Assembly: GCA_026396835.1 (NCBI GenBank)
Contig: JAPLWA010000005.1
Span: forward strand, 7,435 to 71,434
DNA: 64,000 nucleotides
From: Candidatus Falkowbacteria bacterium
Lineage (GTDB): Bacteria > Patescibacteriota > Patescibacteriia > Patescibacteriales > Patescibacteriaceae
Direction: 5' to 3'
Part shown: in pieces, positions 31,076 to 40,447 of the stretch
How positions within the stretch are numbered: position 1 is the stretch's first letter
How the letters are laid out: each line of letters opens with the position of its first letter
The notes under the pieces: model-generated
Told to the model about the DNA's origin: nothing
Seen by the model: the letters and a program-made list of their open reading frames with translations, nothing else
Database searches by the model: none
Made by a program: the position numbers and the translations under genes

Positions 31076-31405
31076 ATGGAAGCTAAATACGATTTTTATT
31101 GTGAAGAAGTTTTATCAAATAAAACAAAAGTAGAAGTAGTTTTTGAATCTGAGAATATTTTAGCCTTTAATCATACAAAGCCCTCTTATAAAACTCACAT
31201 CGTTATTATTCCTAAGAAGCATATTATAGATTTAATATCCTTAGCTGATGATGAAATCAGCATAGTAACCGAGATCTTAAAAACAGCTCGTGATATTTCT
31301 AAAAGTTTAGATAAAGATCAAGGAATTAAATTAATTACTAACCTAGGGAAATTTCAAGACACGCCGCATCTTCATTTTCATTTAATTGTTGGTGATAAAT
31401 TATAA
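31076..31405 (+). CDS. HIT family protein
   Basis: HIVIIPKKHI, QDTPHLHFH histidine triad. Confidence 0.9.
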   Translation: MEAKYDFYCEEVLSNKTKVEVVFESENILAFNHTKPSYKTHIVIIPKKHIIDLISLADDEISIVTEILKTARDISKSLDKDQGIKLITNLGKFQDTPHLHFHLIVGDKL

Positions 31406-31410
31406 AACAT

Positions 31411-31740
31411 ATGACAAACGAACAAATTATTTTGCCTGAAATACCACAAGAACATGTTCCAACACCAGAAGAAGTTAATTCTGTATTCAAAGAATTAATC
31501 AAAAAAGAGTACACAGAAATTCGTAAACTCGAGGATGAAAAAGGCCTATATATATTAGAAGTTACTGTACCCGGTGAATTAGAGGGCGAACTTCTTGAAT
31601 ATGCTTACATGAGAAAAGGCAGACACCCAGAAGGCGAAAGTTCGACCGATGAAATTCATGTTACCTATTATAAAAATAATATTCCCTACGGCGGAACTTC
31701 AGCAGCAAGATGTATCGAAGGGCAATGGAAAATATTATAA
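31411..31740 (+). CDS. hypothetical protein
   Basis: 109-aa ORF within a tightly spaced operon. Confidence 0.7.
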   Translation: MTNEQIILPEIPQEHVPTPEEVNSVFKELIKKEYTEIRKLEDEKGLYILEVTVPGELEGELLEYAYMRKGRHPEGESSTDEIHVTYYKNNIPYGGTSAARCIEGQWKIL

Positions 31741-31753
31741 CTTATAAATAAGC

Positions 31754-32008
31754 ATGAAAAAATTCATCTACCCCTTCTTATTCGCCATTGTCGGAGCTTT
31801 AATTTTTGCTTCAATTGGCTTTTTTAGATTTGTTAGTTTTGGCGCAAACGATTGTGATATGCCAGGAAAAAGCTGCAACTGCTTTTGCTGCAATTCATTT
31901 GGTTTGCGCGGCTACGAAGCCTGCGGTAATTATGGCTTGCTGCTTGGAGCAGGCGCAGGAATATTATTCGGTTTAATTATCTATTTAATAGTAAAACATA
32001 AAAATTAA
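31754..32008 (+). CDS. small two-TM protein with Cys-rich loop
   Basis: CDMPGKSCNCFCC..C between two TM helices. Confidence 0.7.
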   Translation: MKKFIYPFLFAIVGALIFASIGFFRFVSFGANDCDMPGKSCNCFCCNSFGLRGYEACGNYGLLLGAGAGILFGLIIYLIVKHKN

Positions 32009-32096
32009 CTTAAGTTAGTTTGTATTGACATGCCTTAGCTTCGAGCAAAAGTTGGGTGTGAGTATTTGTGATATAATTAAATTGAAATAATCACAC

Positions 32097-33515
32097 ATGG
32101 ACAAGCATCTAGAACACAAAAACAAAACAAAACGAATATCTAGTTTGATTAAAAAATATTCCCTAGCTACTAAGCAAGGGCAGCTTAATTTTTATCATAA
32201 AAGCACTAATTCTACTCGACCTAACAACAAACAAGATCAGTTAATTGATATTTCTGATTTGAATGAAATTATTGAGATTAATGTTAAAGAAAAATATGTA
32301 CTAGTTGAACCAAATGTTTCCATGGAGAAACTAGTAGCAGCTACTGTTAAATATAATTTAATACCTCCAGTTGTTATGGAGTTCCCAAAAATTACTTGTG
32401 GTGGCGCTGTCAATGGCGCAAGTCTAGAAAGCTCATCTTTTAAATACGGGCAGCTCAGTGACACTTGCGAGGAATATGAAATTATATTAGGCAATGGGAA
32501 AATAATACGCGCTTCAAAAAAAATAAACTCTGATTTATTCTACGGCATTTCCGGATCTTATGGCACCCTGGGCTTTATTTCTCTGCTAAAAATTAAACTG
32601 CTTAAAGCTAAAAAATACGTTAAACTTAACTACTACCCAACAGGATCATTTAAGGAAACGATTGAGTTAATTAAGACCAAAGCTACTGAAAATAAAAATG
32701 ACTACATAGATGCTATTATCTACGATAAGTCTCATGGGGTGGTTATGACCGGAAAAAATACTGACTCAGAAAATCTACCCATCAAATCTTATTCTAAAAT
32801 ATCTGAACCCTGGTTTCACAGAAGAGTAAAATTGATTACCAGAAGAAAGCAACCGCAAGAGGAGCTTATACCATTAGCTGATTATTGCTTTCGCTACGAT
32901 CGCGGTGCGTATTGGATGGGAGAATTTGCCTTCCCGCTGCTTGGCGTTCCTGACAATAAGTTAACTAGATTTATTTTTAATGATTATGCTAAAACTCATA
33001 AATTATTTGAAGCCCTGCAAACATTAAATGTCTCACAGAATTATTTTGTTCAAGATATATACCTACCATTTAATAAAACACTAAACAGTTTAAAATATAA
33101 CGAACAAAATGAAAAAATTTATCCTGTCTGGTTATGCCCAATAAAAGCAACTGATAAAGAGCAAAAATTATCACCTCATTATATTAAAGACAAATTACTA
33201 ATCGATATTGGTATATACGGACAAACAAATAAATATCTACTAGACCCAATTAAATCAAACAGAAAATTAGAAGCTTTTGCAAAAAGAAATGGTGGAAGAA
33301 AAATGTTATATGCTCATGCTTATTACACGGAAAATGAATTCTGGTCCATCTATAATAAGGACTGGTATAACAAACTAAGAATCAAATATCATGCCCAGAA
33401 TGTCTTTCCTGATGTTTGGAAAAAAACTCACGTTTCAGGACATATCAAAGGAACAAGGTGGTGTGGATTTTTCAAATATTTCTTTATTAATCCAATAAAA
33501 AGATTAATACAGTAA
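32097..33515 (+). CDS. FAD-binding oxidoreductase (delta24-sterol reductase-like, PCMH-type)
   Basis: VEPNVSM, PPVVMEFPKITCGGAVNG..ESSSFKYG, GSYGTLG, YPVWLCP, KMLYAHAYY. Confidence 0.85.
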   Translation: MDKHLEHKNKTKRISSLIKKYSLATKQGQLNFYHKSTNSTRPNNKQDQLIDISDLNEIIEINVKEKYVLVEPNVSMEKLVAATVKYNLIPPVVMEFPKITCGGAVNGASLESSSFKYGQLSDTCEEYEIILGNGKIIRASKKINSDLFYGISGSYGTLGFISLLKIKLLKAKKYVKLNYYPTGSFKETIELIKTKATENKNDYIDAIIYDKSHGVVMTGKNTDSENLPIKSYSKISEPWFHRRVKLITRRKQPQEELIPLADYCFRYDRGAYWMGEFAFPLLGVPDNKLTRFIFNDYAKTHKLFEALQTLNVSQNYFVQDIYLPFNKTLNSLKYNEQNEKIYPVWLCPIKATDKEQKLSPHYIKDKLLIDIGIYGQTNKYLLDPIKSNRKLEAFAKRNGGRKMLYAHAYYTENEFWSIYNKDWYNKLRIKYHAQNVFPDVWKKTHVSGHIKGTRWCGFFKYFFINPIKRLIQ

Positions 33516-33529
33516 GTATAATTCCGGTT

Positions 33530-33587
33530 TACAAGATAAGCTCATCGGCGACCTATTTATAATTCAGCCCTTTTTGGGCTGTTTTTT
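33530..33587 (+). repeat. cassette-boundary motif R6 + terminator
   Basis: TACAAGATAAGCTCATCGGCGACCT-ATTTATAATT-CAGCCCTTTTTGGGCTGTTTTTT. Confidence 0.85.
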
Positions 33588-33618
33588 ATTTTTTAGAAAA
33601 AGGCTATAATTACTTTAT

Positions 33619-35163
33619 ATGAAAAATCAGGAAATAATTTCAAATATCAACAAAAAAGACTCTGCCCTTGGTGATATTTTAGTAGAAGAGAATGAAGAAA
33701 GCATAGAAAACCTAGCCATAGGAAAAAGACTAGAGGAGCTTTTAGACGAATATGACCCAGAGGAATACTATGATAGAGCGACTTTTACTAGCTCACAATT
33801 AGACTTAAAAAATTATCTGAAAGAGCATAAAAACTCACACCAGTTTATAGCAAATAAACTTATCGAGTTATGGGCGGGCGGTACTGTGGCTGAACATTTA
33901 GAAGATTTTAACAATCTCAATCACATCGAGCTTGCCAATAGATTGATTGATGAAGGAGATGGAGAATATGTCATAGATAATTTTGAAAAATTCCAAAATT
34001 TAGATCAAACTGTCATTGATAAACTCATTGAGAAAGGTCACGATTGGGAGCTAGCTTACTCTCTAGAAAAATTTCCAACAATCGATCAAGAGTCGCTAAT
34101 AGCTAGGTTAATAGCTAGGCAGCATTGGAGTCCTATTATCAGTAATTGGGAAAAATTCAAAGATATTAATAAAGAAAAAATACTTGATGAATTAATGCAA
34201 AATGGAGCAGCTGAAGAAATATTAGAAAATATAAAAAAATTTCCAAATGTTGATCATGCCATCTTGGCAAATAAACTAATTGATGAGAACAAAGAAGGCT
34301 TAGTTGTTAATAAAATTGAAAAACTTCAAAAATTAAATCAAGCAGTAGCCGACAAGCTCGTCGCCAAAGGTAAAGGAGAATCTGTTTTCGACAACATAGA
34401 TAGATTTGAAAACTTAAACAAAGAAACAAAGGACAAAGAACATATAAAGCTTCGAGAAATAAAACAACTGGAGAATCCTATAAAAGAGATTATAAAGCAA
34501 ATGGATCTAGAAAATACTAACTACGACGCTATTATTGGCGATGACGCCTCAGGAAGAATACCAGCATTAATTTTTAATGAAATAATCAGTAAAATAAACA
34601 AGGATAAAAAAATCGAAAAACCAAAATTGCTTTTCATTGCTGGGCAGTTTGCCGGGACTTCATACAATGACGCAGATCCTAATGCTTTTAGAAAAATTCT
34701 ATATGACACCAATAAACATATTTCAAAAAACATTAAAGATAAAAAAAGAGCACTAATCGTTACCGATACAATAAATACCGGGAATAGTCTGTCGGCTATG
34801 ACAAAAGGACTTCAAGGCAACAAGATAGAATACGACATAGCTTCTATATCTTTTCTGGGAGAGTATAAACAAAACTTAGAAGAAAAAATAAAGGAAACAG
34901 AAAAAAAACTAGGGGCTAAAATTTTTTCCAATCTTACCACGGTTACACCTAGAATTTACCGTCACTACAGTATTGCTGGTGTAAGAAAAGAAAACGCTAG
35001 CAAATACTCAGCTGACATTATGTCAAAAAGAGCGGATGACTTTGCCCCCGCCAGTGTTGCCAGGGCGCGCAAAGATATTCATATCTTGTCTAAACAATTA
35101 CTTAGCTGGTACAATAATAAGAATAGCGACGAAGAAATAAAGACAAAAAATAGCAAGAAATAA
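33619..35163 (+). CDS. helical-repeat protein with C-terminal phosphoribosyltransferase-like domain
   Basis: Repeats of LAN.LI..G....V..N.EKF..L; IIGDDASGR and ALIVTDTINTGNSL (PRPP-loop-like). Confidence 0.6.
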   Translation: MKNQEIISNINKKDSALGDILVEENEESIENLAIGKRLEELLDEYDPEEYYDRATFTSSQLDLKNYLKEHKNSHQFIANKLIELWAGGTVAEHLEDFNNLNHIELANRLIDEGDGEYVIDNFEKFQNLDQTVIDKLIEKGHDWELAYSLEKFPTIDQESLIARLIARQHWSPIISNWEKFKDINKEKILDELMQNGAAEEILENIKKFPNVDHAILANKLIDENKEGLVVNKIEKLQKLNQAVADKLVAKGKGESVFDNIDRFENLNKETKDKEHIKLREIKQLENPIKEIIKQMDLENTNYDAIIGDDASGRIPALIFNEIISKINKDKKIEKPKLLFIAGQFAGTSYNDADPNAFRKILYDTNKHISKNIKDKKRALIVTDTINTGNSLSAMTKGLQGNKIEYDIASISFLGEYKQNLEEKIKETEKKLGAKIFSNLTTVTPRIYRHYSIAGVRKENASKYSADIMSKRADDFAPASVARARKDIHILSKQLLSWYNNKNSDEEIKTKNSKK

Positions 35164-35210
35164 GTTCATCAACGACCCAAATATAAAATAGCCCTTTCGG
35201 GCTGTTTTTT
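35155..35210 (+). repeat. cassette-boundary motif R7 + terminator
   Basis: AAGAAATAAGTTCATCAACGACCC-AAATATAAAA-TAGCCCTTTCGGGCTGTTTTTT; supplies the TAA of the upstream gene. Confidence 0.85.
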
Positions 35211-35237
35211 AAATAAAAAAAGAGGATCCGCGACATA

Positions 35238-35975
35238 TTAGCCACGCGATCCTCCTAAATTTCCAAACTTAATTCTTAAAAAGAAGAATAAACCAAATAA
35301 TGTGCGGAAACTTAAAAAGCCTACATTATAAAGTCTATTAGCAAAAGTATTTTTACCAACTTTTTCAAAAACCGTAATTGTATCAATCAATTTCGGGTTT
35401 CTGATTTCCTTAGAAAATAAAAGTAGTTTTGCTGAAGCAATGTTTGGTCCTAACAAATGCCAAGAATCATGAAAAGCAATGCTTCCACCATCAATAACTT
35501 TGGCAAACCAAGAATCAACATCAGCCTGAACGTATGAATATTTGTGTTCTCCGTCAATAAAAATTAAACCAACGAGTCCATTAAATTTTTTAGACGCTTC
35601 AACTGATGTTTTTTGAACCAACCTAACCCTTTCACTAAGCCCTGCCTCAAGAATATTCTTTTGAAAATCTTGCAGCGTACTTATATCTTCACCAAACATT
35701 ATTTTATGTTCTGATGAGCCAGTATGAGGGTCGATCGCATAAACCATTGCTTTTTTGCCGTCACGAGTACCGCTACCTAAACAAACAGTAGAGCGCCCTT
35801 TCCAGCTACCAATCTCAACAATGGCTTGATAGTCTGGAACTTTTTTCGCTAAAGAATATAAAACTTTAGCTTCTCTGCCTGTTAACCAGCCATCTATTTT
35901 AGAGACTGTTTCAAGGACTTTTTTAAAAGTACTGTTTGTTTTTTTCAATTGTAAATTTATGTTTGTTTGATTCAT
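35238..35975 (-). CDS. class I SAM-dependent methyltransferase (Methyltransf_24-like)
   Basis: VEIGSWKGRST, FIDGEH.Y, GGSIAFHD. Confidence 0.88.
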   Translation of the reverse strand: MNQTNINLQLKKTNSTFKKVLETVSKIDGWLTGREAKVLYSLAKKVPDYQAIVEIGSWKGRSTVCLGSGTRDGKKAMVYAIDPHTGSSEHKIMFGEDISTLQDFQKNILEAGLSERVRLVQKTSVEASKKFNGLVGLIFIDGEHKYSYVQADVDSWFAKVIDGGSIAFHDSWHLLGPNIASAKLLLFSKEIRNPKLIDTITVFEKVGKNTFANRLYNVGFLSFRTLFGLFFFLRIKFGNLGGSRG

Positions 35976-36052
35976 CAATCTACAATGATATTTGAATCAT
36001 GTCAATATTTGTTATAAAACTAGGCATATTTCGTTTATGGTATAATTAAATC

Positions 36053-37513
36053 ATGAATAAAATATCGTTAATTAGAATAATAATTTTGTCTAGCATTTTA
36101 TTTCTCGGCTCAAGTTTAAACATGGCCGTGGCTAGCGGTTTTGTATTTAACAAAAACCTGGCTTTAGGCAATGTTAATAGTGAAGTCAAGGAGCTGCAAA
36201 AATATCTTAATACCAATGGTTTCATTGTCGCTAAATCTGGTCCTGGCTCTAAAAATAAAGAAACAAACAATTTCGGCCCAGCCACTAAAAATGCTTTGGT
36301 TAAATTTCAAAAAACTAACAAAATTATTCCTAGCAATGGTTACTTTGGTCCTGCTACTAGAAATTTTGTAAACAAAAAATTTAACAAAATAGAATTAAGC
36401 CCAAATACAAACAATTTAATTAAAACACCTGAAGCTAACTTTACTATTAGTGGCGCAGTAACCGGGATTACTCTGCCTATCACCATATTTATAAATAATA
36501 ACGAAGACATAACAATTAACCCAGGAGAAAGTAGTTAGTTTACTCTTAAGAGCAAACTAACTAACAATACAAGCTTTAATATTGAAATTAAGCAAAAATA
36601 CTTGGGACAAAATTGTTATCTAGAAAACAGCACTGGATTAATTAATAACTCAAATATCAATAATCTTAAAATCGCTTGCGGCGTAAATCTTTATTTTAAC
36701 CCTTTTAAATTTACTCTCAGTAATGGCTACGCCGGGCCAGCGCCATTTTCCTGTGGCGACAATCTATCTTACGAAAATGAATCATACCCAACAACTTTAA
36801 TCGGCTCTCAATGCTGGATGGCTAAAAATTTAAACATAGGAACCAAAATAGATAGCAACAACTCTGAGCCCCTATGTCACAACCCCTCAGCGCCCCTCTA
36901 TCTGAATTGGTCGTGCCAAACTGACAATAATTTAATAGAAAAATATTGTTATAGTAATAACAATGCAAATTGTTTAAATAATGGTGGCCTTTATGAATGG
37001 GCGGAAGCCTTGGGTTTGCCATATGACTGTAATAGTGCAGGTTCGGTCAATAACGGCAATGGCACCTACACCATAAGCTGCCCAACTAGTGGTAGTTATA
37101 CTATTGGCAATCAAACACGGGGAATTTGTCCTACCGGTTGGCATATACCAAGTATTAGTGAGTGGCAATCACTAGCCCAGTTAAGCCAATCTAGCTGCGA
37201 AATTAGATGTGACCTTGGCAATATTTGTAGCTGTACTGAAGCAGGAGAAAAGCTAAAAGCAAAAGCTGACCAAACACCTATTGCCTGGGATGGAACCGAT
37301 ATTTACAATTTCACCTTACTACCATCCGGATTTCGCAATGGTGATGGATCATTTTACGACTACGGTAGCTACGCAGTTTTATGGACCTCAGCCCCGTCAT
37401 CAGAAAATGCTGGGCTTGGTATGTTTACCGGGGTTAAATCCACTCTAAAAAATATTAAAACCGACCGCGACGTTAGAACTGATGGACTTTCTGTGCGCTG
37501 CATAAAAGACTAA
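36053..37513 (+). pseudogene. peptidoglycan-binding domain + FISUMP domain protein interrupted by an in-frame TAG
   Basis: Signal peptide, EVKELQKYLN..FGPATKNAL..FQ (PG-binding); TAG at 36536-36538; the same frame stays open to IGSQCWMAKNLNIG..GICPTGWHIPS..SVRCIKD. Confidence 0.8.
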
Positions 37514-37615
37514 TTTTAAAATACCTTAGCAAAAAAATCTAATAAAACAGCCCTAAATTGGGGTTATTTTTTTTGGTGATATAATTTAGCTAGATAAACA
37601 TTAACATCTATCTTT

Positions 37616-37984
37616 ATGGATAATAAAAAAATCTTTCTAAATACTGTTTTTTGGGGATTTATTCTTTGGCTCTTTGGCTATGTTCTAGGTTTTGTATTTT
37701 TTGCCCTGGTACCAAAAGAATTACTTGGTTGGTATATCATGCCATTTGGCATAGCTCTAACTCTTTGGGTCTTACTTAAAAAAATTAAAAGAGATTCATT
37801 TACTTGTTATTTTGGCCTAGCTATTATCTGGACAATCATGGCAATAATTCTAGACTATATATTTTTAGTTAAACTTTTAAAAACCGTTGATGGCTATTAT
37901 AAATTAGATGTTTATCTATATTATATAATCACCTTTATTCTACCTATTATTGTTGGTTGGTTTAAGTTTAAAAATAAAAAATAG
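37616..37984 (+). CDS. hypothetical four-TM protein
   Basis: 122 aa, hydrophobic. Confidence 0.75.
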   Translation: MDNKKIFLNTVFWGFILWLFGYVLGFVFFALVPKELLGWYIMPFGIALTLWVLLKKIKRDSFTCYFGLAIIWTIMAIILDYIFLVKLLKTVDGYYKLDVYLYYIITFILPIIVGWFKFKNKK

Positions 37985-37992
37985 ACTACATT

Positions 37993-38531
37993 ATGAAAAT
38001 TGGAGTATTTGGCAGAACTAAAGCTGACAACAAAAAAATAATTAAACTAGCCAAAGAAATTGGCGAGGCCATTGCTTCAATGGCAATATTGTAGTTACCG
38101 GGGGCACCGAAGGCTACCCTCATCTTGTAGCTATGTCAGCTCTTAAAAATAAGGGCAAAGCAGTTTCTTGTGCTACCGGTCTTAAATTAGCTGACCACTT
38201 AAAGTTTCATAAAGTAGACTTGTCAAAATACACAAAAGTTATTTTTCAGAAAAAATATTTTAATAAGAAGTTATTAGTAATCGATAATTATTTACGATCA
38301 TTAGATATGTGCTTAAATGTTGATTGCGCCATAATTATTGGCGGCCGAGTTGGGACAATGTTTGAGGTAACAATACTTAGCGGAATAAGCAAGGATATAT
38401 TTATTTTAAAAGGTAGCGGCGGCATAACTGGCAAAACTATGAAAAATTTTATTAAAGAAGGTCATAAAGAGAGATCTAAAATAAAATATTTTAATAACTC
38501 GAGAGCACTAAAAGAAATGCTAAGTAAATGA
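37993..38531 (+). pseudogene. SLOG/LOG-family protein with 1-nt frameshift near 38078
   Basis: MKIGVFG..LAKEIGEAIA in one frame continues as NGNIVVTGGTEGYP..IIIGGRVGTMFE..GSGGIT in the next. Confidence 0.8.
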
Positions 38532-39085
38532 AAATTTTAATTATCGACAACCATAGCGAACATCTTTTAGAGCTAACTAATTGCTTTAGTAATCTTCCAA
38601 AGATAATTAATAAAGAAACCTTTGATAAAGGTTTTGCTATAGAAAATTTTGATTCAATAATTTTGTCAGGCAGTTTTAATATGCCAACAGCTTTGCGTCA
38701 TCCAAATTTTTACAAACAAGAAATTGATTTAATAAAAAATAGTAAAACACCAATTATCGGAATCTGTCTTGGCGCCGAACTTATAATAAAGTCTTTTGAT
38801 GGCAAGCTTGAGGAACTATCTCATAGCTTAGACGGAGAAGTTAAGCTCAATGTCTCAGACAAAAATCTTAAAACAATAATTGAGAGTAATCATATAAAAG
38901 TAATTGAGCATCATAAAATCGGAGCAAAAAATTTACCTAAAGATTTACTTGAATTAGCTAGCTCACCTGATTGCGTAGAAATATTTAAACATGCCTCAAA
39001 ACCAATCATAGGTATTCAATTTCATCCTGAGATTGGTAAACATAAGGAAATTTTTGATTGGGCAATTAAAGAATTAAAAATATGA
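38528..39085 (+). CDS. class I glutamine amidotransferase
   Basis: ILIIDN, PIIGICLG, GIQFHPE triad. Confidence 0.9.
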   Translation: MKILIIDNHSEHLLELTNCFSNLPKIINKETFDKGFAIENFDSIILSGSFNMPTALRHPNFYKQEIDLIKNSKTPIIGICLGAELIIKSFDGKLEELSHSLDGEVKLNVSDKNLKTIIESNHIKVIEHHKIGAKNLPKDLLELASSPDCVEIFKHASKPIIGIQFHPEIGKHKEIFDWAIKELKI

Positions 39086-39402
39086 TCAGCTGGATTATCC
39101 CATTATCGCTGCTAATAATTTTTGAAATAGTCGCTGATATTTTTGCTAAAAATTGGTCCTTACAAAGGACAACCTGGATTGCCGTCACTAGTCTAGCTTC
39201 ATATTTAATTGCTAACTCCTTTTGGTTATTTGCTTTAAAAAATGGTTCTGGTCTAGGTCGCGGCGCTATCATATTTTCTGTAGCTACGGCGATCATCGCC
39301 GTCATTCTAGGAATACTATTTTACAAAGAACCAGTTAATAAATTTCAAATAATTGGTTTGGTTTTAGGAGTTATCGCTATAGTTTTATTATTCTGGGAAT
39401 AA
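39082..39402 (+). CDS. SMR/EamA-like small transporter
   Basis: 106 aa, four TM, FEIVAD in TM1. Confidence 0.75.
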   Translation: MISWIIPLSLLIIFEIVADIFAKNWSLQRTTWIAVTSLASYLIANSFWLFALKNGSGLGRGAIIFSVATAIIAVILGILFYKEPVNKFQIIGLVLGVIAIVLLFWE

Positions 39403-39408
39403 AATATT

Positions 39409-40314
39409 ATGAACTGGATTATATTTGCTTTAGCTGGGCCATTAATTTGGGCGCTAGTTAACCACATCGACAAATTCATTATTACTAAATATTTCCACGG
39501 CAAAGGCATTGGTTCTTTAGTTATGTTCACAGGCCTCTCAGGTTTTGTGGTTTCTATTTTTATAATCGCACTAAAATATAGTTCTATAAATCTCGGCGCT
39601 GCCCCAGCTTTTTTTATTGCTATAAATGGTGCTTTGTTAGTGGCTTCTTTTATTCCCTATTTGCATGCCATGGAAAAAGAAGAGGCTTCAACCGTTTCAA
39701 CACTCTATCAACTGATTCCGGTTTTCGGCTATTTCTTAGGTCTAATATTTTTACATGAACAACTTTCCTTCTGGCAACTTATTGGCTCATCATTAATAAT
39801 TATTGGTGCAGTCAGTATATCTCTAGATTTCTCTTCTAAGATAAGGATTAAATTAAAGCCGCTCCTCTTAATGGCGCTATCATCGCTCATGATTGCCACT
39901 AATGGTTTAGTCTTTAAAATCATTGCTTTAGAAGAAAACTTTTGGGGAACAGCTTTCTGGGAATACATTGGTGGAACTATTTTTGTTTTATTTTTATTTT
40001 TTTGTATACCATTGTATCGCCGTCAATTTGTTGGCATGATTAAAAAAAATAAATCCGTCATTAGTGTAAACTTCTTGGCTGAAATATTAAATATTATTGC
40101 TAAACTATTTGCTAATTTCGCTAGCTTGCTAGCTCCTTTGGTTTTAGTTTGGGTAGTAAATAGCTTCCAGCCATTTTTTGTTTTATTATATGGTCTCATA
40201 CTAACCCTACTGGTGCCTAAGTTCTATAGAGAAAATATCAGTAAAACAATACTTATTCAAAAAGTATCAGCCATTGCTATTATAGTGTTGGGCACTTACT
40301 TCTTATTTAAATAA
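39409..40314 (+). CDS. EamA/DMT family transporter
   Basis: Ten TM, LIFLHEQLS..QLIG. Confidence 0.85.
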   Translation: MNWIIFALAGPLIWALVNHIDKFIITKYFHGKGIGSLVMFTGLSGFVVSIFIIALKYSSINLGAAPAFFIAINGALLVASFIPYLHAMEKEEASTVSTLYQLIPVFGYFLGLIFLHEQLSFWQLIGSSLIIIGAVSISLDFSSKIRIKLKPLLLMALSSLMIATNGLVFKIIALEENFWGTAFWEYIGGTIFVLFLFFCIPLYRRQFVGMIKKNKSVISVNFLAEILNIIAKLFANFASLLAPLVLVWVVNSFQPFFVLLYGLILTLLVPKFYRENISKTILIQKVSAIAIIVLGTYFLFK

Positions 40315-40362
40315 ACAACATAAAAGCCAAAAAAATAGCCTTATTTAAGGCTTTTTTGCTAT

Positions 40363-40390
40363 TGCAAGAAAACTACCACCAGGGACGTAA
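40363..40390 (+). promoter_or_regulatory. candidate ECF-sigma promoter
   Basis: TGCAAG-N17-CGTAA upstream of the gene preceding the ECF sigma gene. Confidence 0.5.
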
Positions 40391-40447
40391 TAAGAGTAGA
40401 AAGGTCGAAAGACTTTCAAAAGATAACTAACTATTAATTATAAATAT

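Larger units (their letters stand above)
23590..35210. mobile_element. tRNA-His-anchored accessory island / cassette array without its own integrase
   Basis: Switch to accessory genes right after tRNA-His; units delimited by a repeated ~25-bp motif plus terminator. Confidence 0.6.

Noticed and set aside
25763..35210. CRISPR array or classical integron
   Set aside because: Repeats are 0.6-4.3 kb apart with genes between them, there are no cas genes, no attC RYYYAAC..GTTRRRY hairpins, and the nearby recombinase lacks the IntI-specific insertion.
36536..36538. Genome-wide stop-codon reassignment
   Set aside because: TAG, TGA and TAA all end clearly complete conserved genes (gyrA TAG, xer TGA, der TAA).
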